Positions 43,165 to 52,410 of a stretch of DNA of 64,000 nt are shown in pieces. The stretch's first letter is position 1, and each line of letters begins with the position of its first letter. The stretch is from Promethearchaeota archaeon (GTDB taxonomy: Archaea; Asgardarchaeota; Lokiarchaeia; Sigyniarchaeales; SOKP01). The notes beneath the pieces were generated by a model that saw only the letters and a program-made list of their open reading frames with translations, ran no database searches and had not been told where the DNA came from. Both the position numbers and the translations under genes were made by a program. The DNA lies in NCBI GenBank assembly GCA_019057795.1, contig JAHLWS010000070.1, positions 138,353 to 202,352 on the forward strand, written 5' to 3'.

Positions 43165-44461
43165 CTTTTTTTGAAATTAATTCTTGATAAGCTTTATGAG
43201 TTTTTCTAGCTACTATATCCCAAGAAAATTTTTGACGAACTCTAATTTTACCTTCTGATCCTAATTTTTTACTGAAGTTCTTCCTTTTTAGTAGCGTTAT
43301 AACTTTATTAGCTATGTCTAAATAATTATCATATTCAACTAATAAACCATCAATGTTATTCCTAATGACTTCTGGAGTTGCTCCTACATTTGCACCTATA
43401 ACCGGTTTGCCAGAAGCCCAAGCCTCTAAATATACAATGCCAAACGCATCGCTTCGGCTTGGCATTAAAAACAAATCTGTTTCGTTAAAAGCTGCTATTT
43501 TTTTTTTATCGTAATAGCCTTTTAAATTATCTGGAGTTAAATTAATAACTCGGCGAGTTATCGTTTTTTTAATTTTTGAGAGCTCTAGATTAAACGCAAT
43601 AGTGGAAGGTCCAATAAAAACAAAATATACTTTCTTATATTTATTAATAATGTAGGGAATTGCTCGTAAAATAGAAATCGCTCCTTTCTCGTAATTTTTA
43701 TAACCACAAAATAAGATCATTTTATATTTCTTTTCCCCTGGCTTGAAGTACTTTTGTTTAAATTTAAATTTGTTGTTAATTCGACCAGAAGAGAGATCAA
43801 ACTTTTTGTAGTCTACTCCCATCGAAATAACTTTAATTTTATCTTCTGGTAGGTTAAACTTTTCTACCATTGCTTTTTTTTCAAGATTCGTACACGCAAT
43901 GATTTGATCAAATTTTTTTAAAGCTTCGAAAAGGTTTTTATTGAGATATCTAGGATTAGAGAAATGAAAAAAAGGCGTACAAACAGTAGGTTTATTGATA
44001 AGTTTTCCAAGTATTAAACTTGTTATAAGATTAAAGTATGGAAAGAAGGTTGTATGAATTAAATCAAAGGAAAATTTAGTTGAGTGTGCTATTTTTTCAA
44101 TTATATCTCCTAAATAAGGACCATTTTTTAAAAACTCAATCAAACAATCATCAGATAGTCTCAAAAGATTGTAGGATGGAAGATTTTTAATTATTTTTAA
44201 TTTTTCTTCTAATAAAATATTATATTTTATAGGAAAACGCGTGATTTTTAAATTATTTACAAAACCATAATGTTTATCCCCAATATTTATTATTCTACCA
44301 TTAGGTTGTCTTAGGGCTTTAAAATCAATTGCGGTGGAGGTATGGATATCAACTTGGTAATTGTATTTCGAATTTAATATCTCTGCCATCGTTTGGATAT
44401 AAAACTCTGCTCCCGAGATTGCGGGGAAATATCTTGTCGGGAGATATAAAATCTTGTTCAA
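43157..44461 (-). CDS. GT4 glycosyltransferase
   Basis: 'YFPAISGAE', 'PSRSDAFGIVYLEAWASGKPVI'. Confidence 0.92.
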   Translation of the reverse strand: MNKILYLPTRYFPAISGAEFYIQTMAEILNSKYNYQVDIHTSTAIDFKALRQPNGRIINIGDKHYGFVNNLKITRFPIKYNILLEEKLKIIKNLPSYNLLRLSDDCLIEFLKNGPYLGDIIEKIAHSTKFSFDLIHTTFFPYFNLITSLILGKLINKPTVCTPFFHFSNPRYLNKNLFEALKKFDQIIACTNLEKKAMVEKFNLPEDKIKVISMGVDYKKFDLSSGRINNKFKFKQKYFKPGEKKYKMILFCGYKNYEKGAISILRAIPYIINKYKKVYFVFIGPSTIAFNLELSKIKKTITRRVINLTPDNLKGYYDKKKIAAFNETDLFLMPSRSDAFGIVYLEAWASGKPVIGANVGATPEVIRNNIDGLLVEYDNYLDIANKVITLLKRKNFSKKLGSEGKIRVRQKFSWDIVARKTHKAYQELISKKVD

Positions 44462-44510
44462 ACTTAATATCCTTTTTATTTATCAATTATAATTATTATA
44501 TGATAACTAA

Positions 44511-44903
44511 ATGTCTAAGGATTTATTATTTGATGTTTATTCAATTGCAAAAAAGAAAGGCGTAATCGATGATGAGTTAATAAATTTCATTGATACGATT
44601 TTTCCTAATAAGGCAGATAAGGTTTTAGATGTTATAAAAAAAGGCATAACAAAATATACTTATAAACCTTCGAATAGAGTTATTTGGCTCGCTTCAGGAG
44701 AAAATCGCGAATATTTAATATATCCTAAATTATATTGTTCATGCTTAAATTTTTATAAGGAGGTTGTAATAAATCAATCCATAGGATGTTGTAAACATCT
44801 TATAACTCAAGTAATATGTGAAGCATTAAATAAATATAAAAAAGTTGAGTTAAAAGATAAAGAATTTGAAGATTTAATTAATAATTTGGAATCAAAATTT
44901 TAA
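44511..44903 (+). CDS. SWIM zinc-finger protein
   Basis: 'YCSCLNF...CKH'. Confidence 0.85.
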   Translation: MSKDLLFDVYSIAKKKGVIDDELINFIDTIFPNKADKVLDVIKKGITKYTYKPSNRVIWLASGENREYLIYPKLYCSCLNFYKEVVINQSIGCCKHLITQVICEALNKYKKVELKDKEFEDLINNLESKF

Positions 44904-45527
44904 TACTTCTGCATTTTCTATTGAATTTTCAACTAAATCGAAAATATTGATTTTTGATTCTGAATGTTGTATTTCATGAGGTTTAGCGTGAGTTTCAGGG
45001 TATTGTGGATTAAATTTACACCCCGCTGATGGGATAGAAGATACTTCATATGACCCAATTTTTTTATTCATATTTATTACTTCTTGTTTATCACATCCTA
45101 TTAGCGGCCTTAATACTATAAAATCTTGAATTATATTATTATATGAATATAAATTATCTAAAGTTTGACTGGCTTGTTCTCCCAAAATATCTCCTGTAAC
45201 AATTATTTTTGTATTTTCTAAACTTCCTAAACGTTTTGCTGTTCGAAGCATTAATCGCTTGCATAAAACACAAGTTAATTTTCTATCGCAAAATTGTTTA
45301 AAAGCTTCCAAGTTGTTATCGTGGTTAATAATATAGATTTTTAATTCGTTATTTGTGTACTTTGATAATAATTTGACAAGATCTATAACTTTGTTTTTCA
45401 TAGAATGATTTGCATCATCTGAGGTTAAAAATGAGAGAAACACTGGAATAAAACCCCTTTTAATCATTAAATATGCTGCGATTGAGCTGTCTAAACCACC
45501 TGAAAGTAAAGATATAAATTTTCTCAT
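44892..45527 (-). CDS. thiI: ThiI-like PP-loop sulfurtransferase, catalytic domain only (no THUMP domain)
   Basis: SGGLDS, 'CVLCKRLM', 'TGD.LGEQASQT', 'RPLIG.DK', distal Cys. Confidence 0.8.
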   Translation of the reverse strand: MRKFISLLSGGLDSSIAAYLMIKRGFIPVFLSFLTSDDANHSMKNKVIDLVKLLSKYTNNELKIYIINHDNNLEAFKQFCDRKLTCVLCKRLMLRTAKRLGSLENTKIIVTGDILGEQASQTLDNLYSYNNIIQDFIVLRPLIGCDKQEVINMNKKIGSYEVSSIPSAGCKFNPQYPETHAKPHEIQHSESKINIFDLVENSIENAEVLKF

Positions 45528-45542
45528 CGTTCACTTCAAATT

Positions 45543-46145
45543 TTAATTTGTAGTTATTTCTTCTCTTTCCCATTCTTTTAAATATTTATTAAAATCCTCA
45601 AGCATAATTTGTCTGGATATTTTAATTTTGTTTTTATATTCGAGTTTTTTAATTTTTAACATAATCTTTTTATTCTTTTTTAAGTGTTCTAGAGCTTTAG
45701 GATATTCATCTCTAAAAATCTCTTTAATATCATCAAAATCCGTATTTTTTAGGAAATCGTAATATCTAATTACATAATTACATAATGGATCAATACTTAT
45801 TTCAAAATTAAAAGCATCAACTTGTTTTAAAGCCAAGGGGTAAGCCTTGCATGCTAGTGGTTTAATTTCCTGTACTTTACAACCATTTTTTTTATCATAA
45901 AAAGGGCATCCCTGAGTTTCGTTGTCCAATCGTATTTTATATGTCACAACAAGTATTTTTTTGTTTAAAATGTCTGGAAATACTAAATCCTCGATAATTT
46001 TAAAGGCAATACCTTTTTTTTTAGCGATTTCTATTAATTTATTTGCCTCTTTAGGATATATTGGTATTCTTTTTTTGGAACCAAAAATTTCATAACAGCA
46101 TATCCCGCATTTTAGACATTCATATTTTAGCTCAGTCAATTCCAA
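45543..46145 (-). CDS. YkgJ-family CxxCxxCC Fe-S/Zn protein
   Basis: 'CLKCGICC', 'CPFY', 'KPLACKAYP'. Confidence 0.88.
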   Translation of the reverse strand: MELTELKYECLKCGICCYEIFGSKKRIPIYPKEANKLIEIAKKKGIAFKIIEDLVFPDILNKKILVVTYKIRLDNETQGCPFYDKKNGCKVQEIKPLACKAYPLALKQVDAFNFEISIDPLCNYVIRYYDFLKNTDFDDIKEIFRDEYPKALEHLKKNKKIMLKIKKLEYKNKIKISRQIMLEDFNKYLKEWEREEITTN

Positions 46146-46339
46146 AAAATTACCTTTTTCAGATGATATTGAAATGAAAACCTCATTATATTTATAGATA
46201 CCTTAAAAAATTAATTTATGTGATAATATTAATATATTACTTTAACAGTAAATCATGAGTCTATTAGGATAACACATTGATTTAAAGACATAAAAAAGAT
46301 TCTAATTATATCGTATAAACAATACTTAAGGTAAAAAAA

Positions 46340-47155
46340 TTGACTGAGTCTGGGATAAGGATTATTAAACATAATGATATTAAAGAAGAAGAATTCAAGG
46401 ACCCTATTTGTATTTTAGGAATGCCAGGCATCGCTGATGTTGGAAAATTCGCTATAGATTCCTTAATTGGACAATTAGATGCCCAAAGTTTTATGGATTT
46501 TATATTTGATGATTACCCCGCTGGAGCTATAGTTGATGATAGTCTATTATCAGCACCTAAAGCAGAAATTCTTTTTTGGAAAGATCCAAGTTATCGAAGA
46601 GATATTCTTTTAATTACTGCAGATGCGCAAAGTTTAACACCTAAAGGCATATATAGAATTTCAAATTTTCTTACAGAGATAATAGATCAATGTAAAATTA
46701 AGTTGATAATTGCTTTGGGAGCGTATCCCGTAAATAGTCGCAAGATAGATTCAAAAATTCCAAAAATATTTGCAAGTTCAACTAACCGAGAACTGTTAGA
46801 TAATTTTTTATCAAAAAATAACTGTGAAAAAATCCAAAAAGGGGTTATTATTGGTGCTAATGGGTTAATCCCAACTTTAGCAAAAGCGAGATTTAATATA
46901 GATGGGATTGTTCTTTTGGCAGAAACTGATAATATGGCAATGCTTAATGAAGATATCACCGATTTAAAAGCTTCAATAACGCTCTTAGAAATGATTAAGA
47001 AATCTTTTATGTTACCAATTAAAAAGAAATATTCCCTTGATAATATTGAAGATATTACAAAAAATCTTCAAAGTAAAAGAGATCAACTAGAAAAAGATCT
47101 CGGTACATTTCAATTTGTTGATATTGACGATAAGAGAAAGTCATTATACATTTAA
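46340..47155 (+). CDS. PAC2-family proteasome assembly chaperone
   Basis: 'GMPGIADVGK', 'IIALGAY', 'IIGANGL', C-terminal HbYX-like 'LYI'. Confidence 0.88.
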   Translation: MTESGIRIIKHNDIKEEEFKDPICILGMPGIADVGKFAIDSLIGQLDAQSFMDFIFDDYPAGAIVDDSLLSAPKAEILFWKDPSYRRDILLITADAQSLTPKGIYRISNFLTEIIDQCKIKLIIALGAYPVNSRKIDSKIPKIFASSTNRELLDNFLSKNNCEKIQKGVIIGANGLIPTLAKARFNIDGIVLLAETDNMAMLNEDITDLKASITLLEMIKKSFMLPIKKKYSLDNIEDITKNLQSKRDQLEKDLGTFQFVDIDDKRKSLYI

Positions 47156-47255
47156 AATTATTTATTTTTTTTACATGATTTATGTTTTTAGGAATTCTAC
47201 TAACAACTTTAATTATTTGCGAAAAATATTTTAACAATAATTCATTTTAAAAAAT

Positions 47256-47405
47256 ATGAAGTATGTTTGCGCTAGAAAAAGTTGTGGAAAAGAAGTCTCT
47301 AAAAAAGAATTAAACGCTCTTCCTGGAATAAAATGTTCCCACTGTGGATTTCGCATCTTATACAAAAAACGCCCTGATGTTATAAAAAGAATTAAAGGGA
47401 TATAA
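47256..47405 (+). CDS. rpo12: RNA polymerase subunit Rpo12 (P); 49 aa, absent from the ORF track
   Basis: Translates as MKYVCARKSCGKEVSKKELNALPGIKCSHCGFRILYKKRPDVIKRIKGI, with the 'C..CG.RILYK.R' signature. Confidence 0.95.
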   Translation: MKYVCARKSCGKEVSKKELNALPGIKCSHCGFRILYKKRPDVIKRIKGI

Positions 47406-47435
47406 AACTTTATTAATTTGAAAGTAAGATTTTTT

Positions 47436-48371
47436 TTAAACGCGATCTATGGATTCATATCTCATATGATTTACAAGTTCTTTATATCTGTTCCGTATAG
47501 TAGCTTCAGTTACACCTGCTGCTAATGAGATCTCTTTTTGAGTCCGGCGTTCTCCTTCTTGTATCGCCGCTACATATAAAGCAGCACCCGCTAGACCAGT
47601 GGGTGCTTTTCCATCAGTAATATGATATTTTTTTGCTAATTTTAATAATTCTGCTGCTCGATTCTGAGTTCTTCCTGAAAGTTTTAATTCAGCACAAAAT
47701 CTAGGGATAAAATTTATTGGAGAGGAAACTTGAATATTTATTTTTAATTCGATTAGAATTAACCTATAACAACGAGCAATTTTTTTTTTATCGACTAAAG
47801 CAAATTCGATAAAATCATCCAAAGTTTTCGGAATATTATTCAACCTGCATGATAAATAAATGGAAGCTATCAACATTGCCTCAATAGATCTTCCTCTTAT
47901 TAGATTTTTATGAGCCATTTTTCTGTAAATATGAGCAGCCGATTCTTTTAAGGCTTTGGACAGATTCAGTTGAGAAGAAAAGCGATCTAATTCGTTCATA
48001 GCATAAGCTAAATTTCGATCTATTGATTTATTTGTCCTCGTTCTTACATGCCATTTTCTTAAGCGATATACTTCAGCTTTCATTTTTGGGCTGATACTTT
48101 TGCCGAACGCGTCTTTATTTTTCCACCCAATCATAGTACTTAATCCTTTATCATGAATTGTCAAAGTTGTTGGCGCTCCTACTCTAGCTTTTTTATTGGC
48201 TTCTTCTGAAGAGAAAGCTCTCCATTCAGGACCAGAATCAATGAGATTTTGGCTCAAAACTAAACCGCATACATTGCAAATTAACTCACCACGGGTGCTA
48301 TCAGAAATCAGATTTGTATTCCCACATTCTGGGCATAAATTTAAATTATTTTGAAGCATTGAAAGATCCAA
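47436..48371 (-). CDS. tfb: Transcription initiation factor IIB
   Basis: Zn ribbon, 'DSGPEWRAF', 'HDKGLST', two cyclin repeats, 'VTEATIRNRYKEL'. Confidence 0.97.
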   Translation of the reverse strand: MDLSMLQNNLNLCPECGNTNLISDSTRGELICNVCGLVLSQNLIDSGPEWRAFSSEEANKKARVGAPTTLTIHDKGLSTMIGWKNKDAFGKSISPKMKAEVYRLRKWHVRTRTNKSIDRNLAYAMNELDRFSSQLNLSKALKESAAHIYRKMAHKNLIRGRSIEAMLIASIYLSCRLNNIPKTLDDFIEFALVDKKKIARCYRLILIELKINIQVSSPINFIPRFCAELKLSGRTQNRAAELLKLAKKYHITDGKAPTGLAGAALYVAAIQEGERRTQKEISLAAGVTEATIRNRYKELVNHMRYESIDRV

Positions 48372-48539
48372 TTACTTATACCCACACATATTTCAATTCC
48401 TTAATTTCTATAATTAAAGTCATACTTTTAAATGTTTGCGTTTTTAGGATTTATCAGTTAATAAAAATCACATTTTAAAATTTTTGTTTTTAATATTTCA
48501 CCGAAAAATTTTAATAATTTATATTTTTCTGATTATATA

Positions 48540-48986
48540 ATGCGACATTTTTATAAAAGTCATGGTAAGCATTGTTATCTTCGATCTTTTCAGACATCTT
48601 GCAGAAAGTGTGGTGCAGATGTGTTATATTGGGAATGCACTCATGGAAGTAAAATTTTTTTTGAGTACCCACCTTATGGAAAATTGCGAAGACATTATTG
48701 TCGGAACCTTAATAGAATATCACATAAAAGAAAAATTTTTCCAGTTGTTGTTAAAAAACCTAAAGGTCTTTTGGAGAACCCTTATTTCAGTTGTCCAGTG
48801 TGTGGGAAATTGTTTAGAAAAGAAATATATTTAAAAGATCATCTAAATGAACTAAAAAAAAATGATTCCAAGCATAAATTATTTTTTCAAAATAAAATAA
48901 TATTTAAAAATAAATTTAACGATATGAATAAATTTCGTGACAAACCTAGGTTTGGGAGAATTAATATAAGGGCATCAAAAAAATAA
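48540..48986 (+). CDS. Cys/His-rich protein with a C2H2-like zinc finger
   Basis: 'CRKC...CTH' and 'CPVCGKLF.....LKDH'. Confidence 0.72.
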   Translation: MRHFYKSHGKHCYLRSFQTSCRKCGADVLYWECTHGSKIFFEYPPYGKLRRHYCRNLNRISHKRKIFPVVVKKPKGLLENPYFSCPVCGKLFRKEIYLKDHLNELKKNDSKHKLFFQNKIIFKNKFNDMNKFRDKPRFGRINIRASKK

Positions 48987-49093
48987 AATTCAAACCCATA
49001 ACATTTTAATAAAAATTTTATAATTATATTTATACTAATATATTATTATTAATTCTTCACTAGGATATATAAATCTAAAAAATTGAGGAAAAA

Positions 49094-49702
49094 ATGACAA
49101 CTGATCCAGCAACCGTTATTTATAATTTATTGCAAAAAGATCCCAGTATTATTGCTGCTGCTGTAGTTCAAGGAAGAGATAACATTCTTCACTCAACAGA
49201 TAACTGGGACATTAGCCCTGATATTGCTAAAGTTAGTTCAAGTTGGAACAGCTTAAACGCTCAGTTTATCATGATTTCTGGTGTAAAATATTCTGTGCTT
49301 CAATGTACATCAGAAAGGATAGTAGCTACTTCAATGCGGGGCGAAGGACATATAATTGGAGCAAAAGATGGAGAACACAAAGTAATAATATACCTTGAAC
49401 CAGATGGTGAACCTATGGGAGCAACGATGGACACATCAAGAGCAGTTTCAGAGTTAAGTGCAAAACAAGCTTATGTGGGTGCTGATACTCAATTTAGTGG
49501 AAACGGTGTAACCCCTGCACCTGTTGCAGGAAAAAGTATAGACCCTCAATTAAAAGGGGAAATTCAGTCTTTCTTAGAATGGATTAAAGATGGCGAGGGG
49601 CTTTCAGGATATATTAATTATTATCTTCAACAAAATAACGCCCATATCATATCTGAACTTTCAAAAATCTATAGCGAGTTAAGGCAAATATTTGGAGTGT
49701 AA
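49094..49702 (+). CDS. Asgard profilin-domain protein with a C-terminal helical extension
   Basis: 'STDNWDI', 'ISGVKYSVLQCTSERIVATSMRGEGHII' match the Loki profilin pattern; about 70 extra C-terminal residues. Confidence 0.85.
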   Translation: MTTDPATVIYNLLQKDPSIIAAAVVQGRDNILHSTDNWDISPDIAKVSSSWNSLNAQFIMISGVKYSVLQCTSERIVATSMRGEGHIIGAKDGEHKVIIYLEPDGEPMGATMDTSRAVSELSAKQAYVGADTQFSGNGVTPAPVAGKSIDPQLKGEIQSFLEWIKDGEGLSGYINYYLQQNNAHIISELSKIYSELRQIFGV

Positions 49703-49787
49703 TTTGACTTTTAACTATAGTGATATTATTGGAAAGCTCTCAGAAAAAACATAAAAACAATCAAAAATCTTCAAAAAGTAATGACAA

Positions 49788-50243
49788 ATGCCTCTTTCCA
49801 ACAAATTACCTTCCAAAAATCAAAATTCTCAAAATAGCGACGAGCGAAAAAAAGTGGTTAAACAACCAAAAAAAAAGTTTGAAAAAAGAAAATCAGTGTA
49901 TATGACTGATGAGGATTTAGAAATGGATATACCCTTAGTTCCTGAAGCACCAAAAAAGTTAACGGTTAATTCTCGAGGTCTTTCTACTGACTTGCTTATT
50001 GAAATGAAAAAGCTTGAATCGGAAAAAATAAAAGTAGTTTTAGTTAATTGTGAACGGTGTAAAAAAATAATCCCCGTGCCAATTCCAAAGAAATTTATAT
50101 CAAAATCAAAGCTACCTGTTGTTCCCATAAGTTATATTCACAAAAACCCTCAAAATAAAGATCAACATTGTATAACTCTTCATGTTGATCATGATTTTGA
50201 TATACGTCGGCAACGTATATCAGATGTTGTTTTTTCTCCTTAG
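49788..50243 (+). CDS. Hypothetical protein, disordered N-terminus plus CxxC...H...H domain
   Basis: 'CERC..IPVPIP...ISYIH...HCITLHVDHDFDIR'. Confidence 0.72.
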   Translation: MPLSNKLPSKNQNSQNSDERKKVVKQPKKKFEKRKSVYMTDEDLEMDIPLVPEAPKKLTVNSRGLSTDLLIEMKKLESEKIKVVLVNCERCKKIIPVPIPKKFISKSKLPVVPISYIHKNPQNKDQHCITLHVDHDFDIRRQRISDVVFSP

Positions 50244-50252
50244 TAAATATAT

Positions 50253-50474
50253 TCACATTAAATAAGTAACGACCACGATAATAAAAGGAATTAAACATAA
50301 TAGACAGATAAAAGCAATAAAACTATTTCTCCATTTCAAATCGTTAGGATTAAGAATTGCATTGCAATTTTCACAATATTTCTGGTTTGGGTCAATTATT
50401 TCACTATCACAGTTATAACATCGTGTTAGCGCATTATTCTTTTTATTTGTAGAATTGTGTTTAGACCTAGACAT
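50253..50474 (-). CDS. Zinc-ribbon protein with a C-terminal TM helix (tail-anchored topology)
   Basis: CYNC..CENC followed by a terminal hydrophobic helix; ATG at 50474 preferred. Confidence 0.75.
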   Translation of the reverse strand: MSRSKHNSTNKKNNALTRCYNCDSEIIDPNQKYCENCNAILNPNDLKWRNSFIAFICLLCLIPFIIVVVTYLM

Positions 50475-50587
50475 TAAATTCAAAGACTTATATTATTTAA
50501 TAGAATTAAAAAAATGCTGTAAGCTATATTATATAATTCTCAATTTAAATAAAATTATAAATTCATTGTTTAATTGGTGAATAATCG

Positions 50588-51400
50588 ATTTCTGGTTATA
50601 TAGGCAAAAGAATTAGATTAGAACGAATTTTTAATAGGGAAACAAATAAGACGATCATAGTTCCTATGGACCATGGATTAACTGTAGGGCCTATTAAAGG
50701 AATTAAAAGAAGTTTAGGAGAAATGGTAAATAAAATAGCATTAGGGGGCGCAAATGCCGTTTTAGGGCATATTGGGATTCCATTATACGCCCATAGAGGA
50801 TATGGTCCAGATATTGGCTTAATTTTACATTTATCTGGTTCAACCTCTCTAAGTCCCAAGTCAAATTATAAAGTTTTAGTAAATAATGTATTAGATGCAG
50901 TAAAATTAGGAGCCGATGGTGTATCTTTGCATATTAATATTGGAACAAAGGCAGATCCAGAAATGCTAGAGATTCTAGGAGCAGTTTCACGTGAATGCCG
51001 AGAGTTTGGAATGCCCCTTTTGGCTATGATGTATCCTAGAGGGGAAAATATCGAAAACGAACACGATGTTGAGGTCGTTAAAATAGCAGTAAGAGTCGCT
51101 GCGGAACTAGGGGCAGATATTGTGAAAACTAATTGGACGGGAGACCCAGATTCTTTTAATGAAGTAATTGAGGGGTGCATGGCACCAGTAATTATCGCGG
51201 GAGGGGTTAAGGCGGGGATTAAAGAACTTTTGGAAATAACTAAGCAATCCATAGATGTTGGAGGCGCTGGAGTTGCCTATGGAAGAAATGTATTTCAAGC
51301 GGATAATCCTACAAAAGTTGTGAAAGCGCTTTATCTAGTTGTTCACAAAAATTATGAAGTAGAAGAAGCCATTAAAGAAACAAACATAAAAGGTCTATAA
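50588..51400 (+). CDS. 2-amino-3,7-dideoxy-D-threo-hept-6-ulosonate synthase / class I (DhnA) aldolase; probable ATT start at 50588
   Basis: MDHG, 'MYPRG', 'AAELGADIVKT', 'IAGG', 'GRNVFQ'; conserved N-terminus GKRIRLERIFNRETNKTIIVP lies upstream of the first ATG. Confidence 0.88.
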   Translation: MSGYIGKRIRLERIFNRETNKTIIVPMDHGLTVGPIKGIKRSLGEMVNKIALGGANAVLGHIGIPLYAHRGYGPDIGLILHLSGSTSLSPKSNYKVLVNNVLDAVKLGADGVSLHINIGTKADPEMLEILGAVSRECREFGMPLLAMMYPRGENIENEHDVEVVKIAVRVAAELGADIVKTNWTGDPDSFNEVIEGCMAPVIIAGGVKAGIKELLEITKQSIDVGGAGVAYGRNVFQADNPTKVVKALYLVVHKNYEVEEAIKETNIKGL

Positions 51401-51439
51401 AACGCAAATTTATTAAATCAAAAATAGTATTTATAAGAA

Positions 51440-51808
51440 ATGAGACCCATAATCGAAAAAACTAAAGAGATTGATAAGGCTAAGATTTATTTATCGCTTT
51501 TTAAATTGCATAAAAGTTATCTCTTGCTTATCTCTGATCAAGAAAACAGAGGTATCGGAAATGTAACTTTAGGAAGCCCACCTACAATTGAAGGAATGAA
51601 AGCGTCATCAGTTACACATCAGTTATTCGGAGTCCAAAGAAAATTATTAAGCAAAATTATTGTTGAAAAGACATCTTCTTATCTTAATGCCCCAGTATTA
51701 TTATTGTTGTTTTTAAAATCAGTAGAAAACGAAAATGAGATCGTAAAAACGCTGATCTTATTCTTAAATGAAGCGTTAAATGAAATCTCTAACAATACTG
51801 ATAAATAA
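51440..51808 (+). CDS. Probable PAC4-like proteasome assembly chaperone
   Basis: Size and 'LLLISD...IGNVTLGSP...S..LFG...LSK.I......PVLL' pattern resemble the PAC4 family. Confidence 0.55.
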   Translation: MRPIIEKTKEIDKAKIYLSLFKLHKSYLLLISDQENRGIGNVTLGSPPTIEGMKASSVTHQLFGVQRKLLSKIIVEKTSSYLNAPVLLLLFLKSVENENEIVKTLILFLNEALNEISNNTDK

Positions 51809-51848
51809 TTAAAGAGGTTGAAATGAGCCCTATTTTGAAGAGGAAAAA

Positions 51849-52012
51849 TGCAGAGAAGGGGATTTGAACCCCTGTAGACCTATGTCAATGGATCTTGAGT
51901 GTGGTTCAAAAACGCAAAAGATTACGGTTTTTGAAAATGTCCATCACCGGTTGCCGCTTTATTATTCCTTATGGAAATAATTCTTGCTTTGACCTGGCTT
52001 GGTTATCTCTGC
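51849..52012 (-). tRNA. tRNA-Leu(CAA) with two introns: D-loop (51950..51988, about position 21/22) and anticodon loop 32/33 (51899..51938)
   Basis: GCAGAGA/TCTCTGC acceptor, AGGGG-TTCAAAT-CCCCT T arm, long variable arm; removing both hairpin inserts gives ATGGA-CTCAAGA-TCCAT. Confidence 0.92.
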
Positions 52013-52101
52013 TCTATTTTAATTCTTTATTATCTCTTATATATTTTGTAATGATAAGTATAATTTAGTAATTTTTTGAAGATGAGGTGATATTCGCATT
52101 A

Positions 52102-52329
52102 TCATCCCATAAGGAACATAAATACAAAAAGGACTGCCATCATCCCGAACATAAAAATCATTTGAACCCTTCCTTTTTTCTTTTTCTTTTTTTCATGGGT
52201 GAGATAATTATCTCGACAAGTTTGACTGCAAAACTGCTTATCCGTTGGCATTGCCTTTCCGCATACTGGACAATGACCATGTGGCCCCCATTTCTTTTTA
52301 ATTTGGTCTTTCCATGAAGCTTGAGACAT
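52102..52329 (-). CDS. DUF2116-family zinc-ribbon protein with C-terminal TM helix
   Basis: 'HGHCPVCG..MP.D..FCS..C', basic stretch, terminal TM; ATG at 52329 preferred. Confidence 0.85.
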   Translation of the reverse strand: MSQASWKDQIKKKWGPHGHCPVCGKAMPTDKQFCSQTCRDNYLTHEKKKKKKGRVQMIFMFGMMAVLFVFMFLMG

Positions 52330-52410
52330 TTTTATTTCATCTATATATTGACTGTTTAGAACTATGTTAGTAAAATGTTGCAAATTAAAATAATTTATTA
52401 TAAAAAAATC

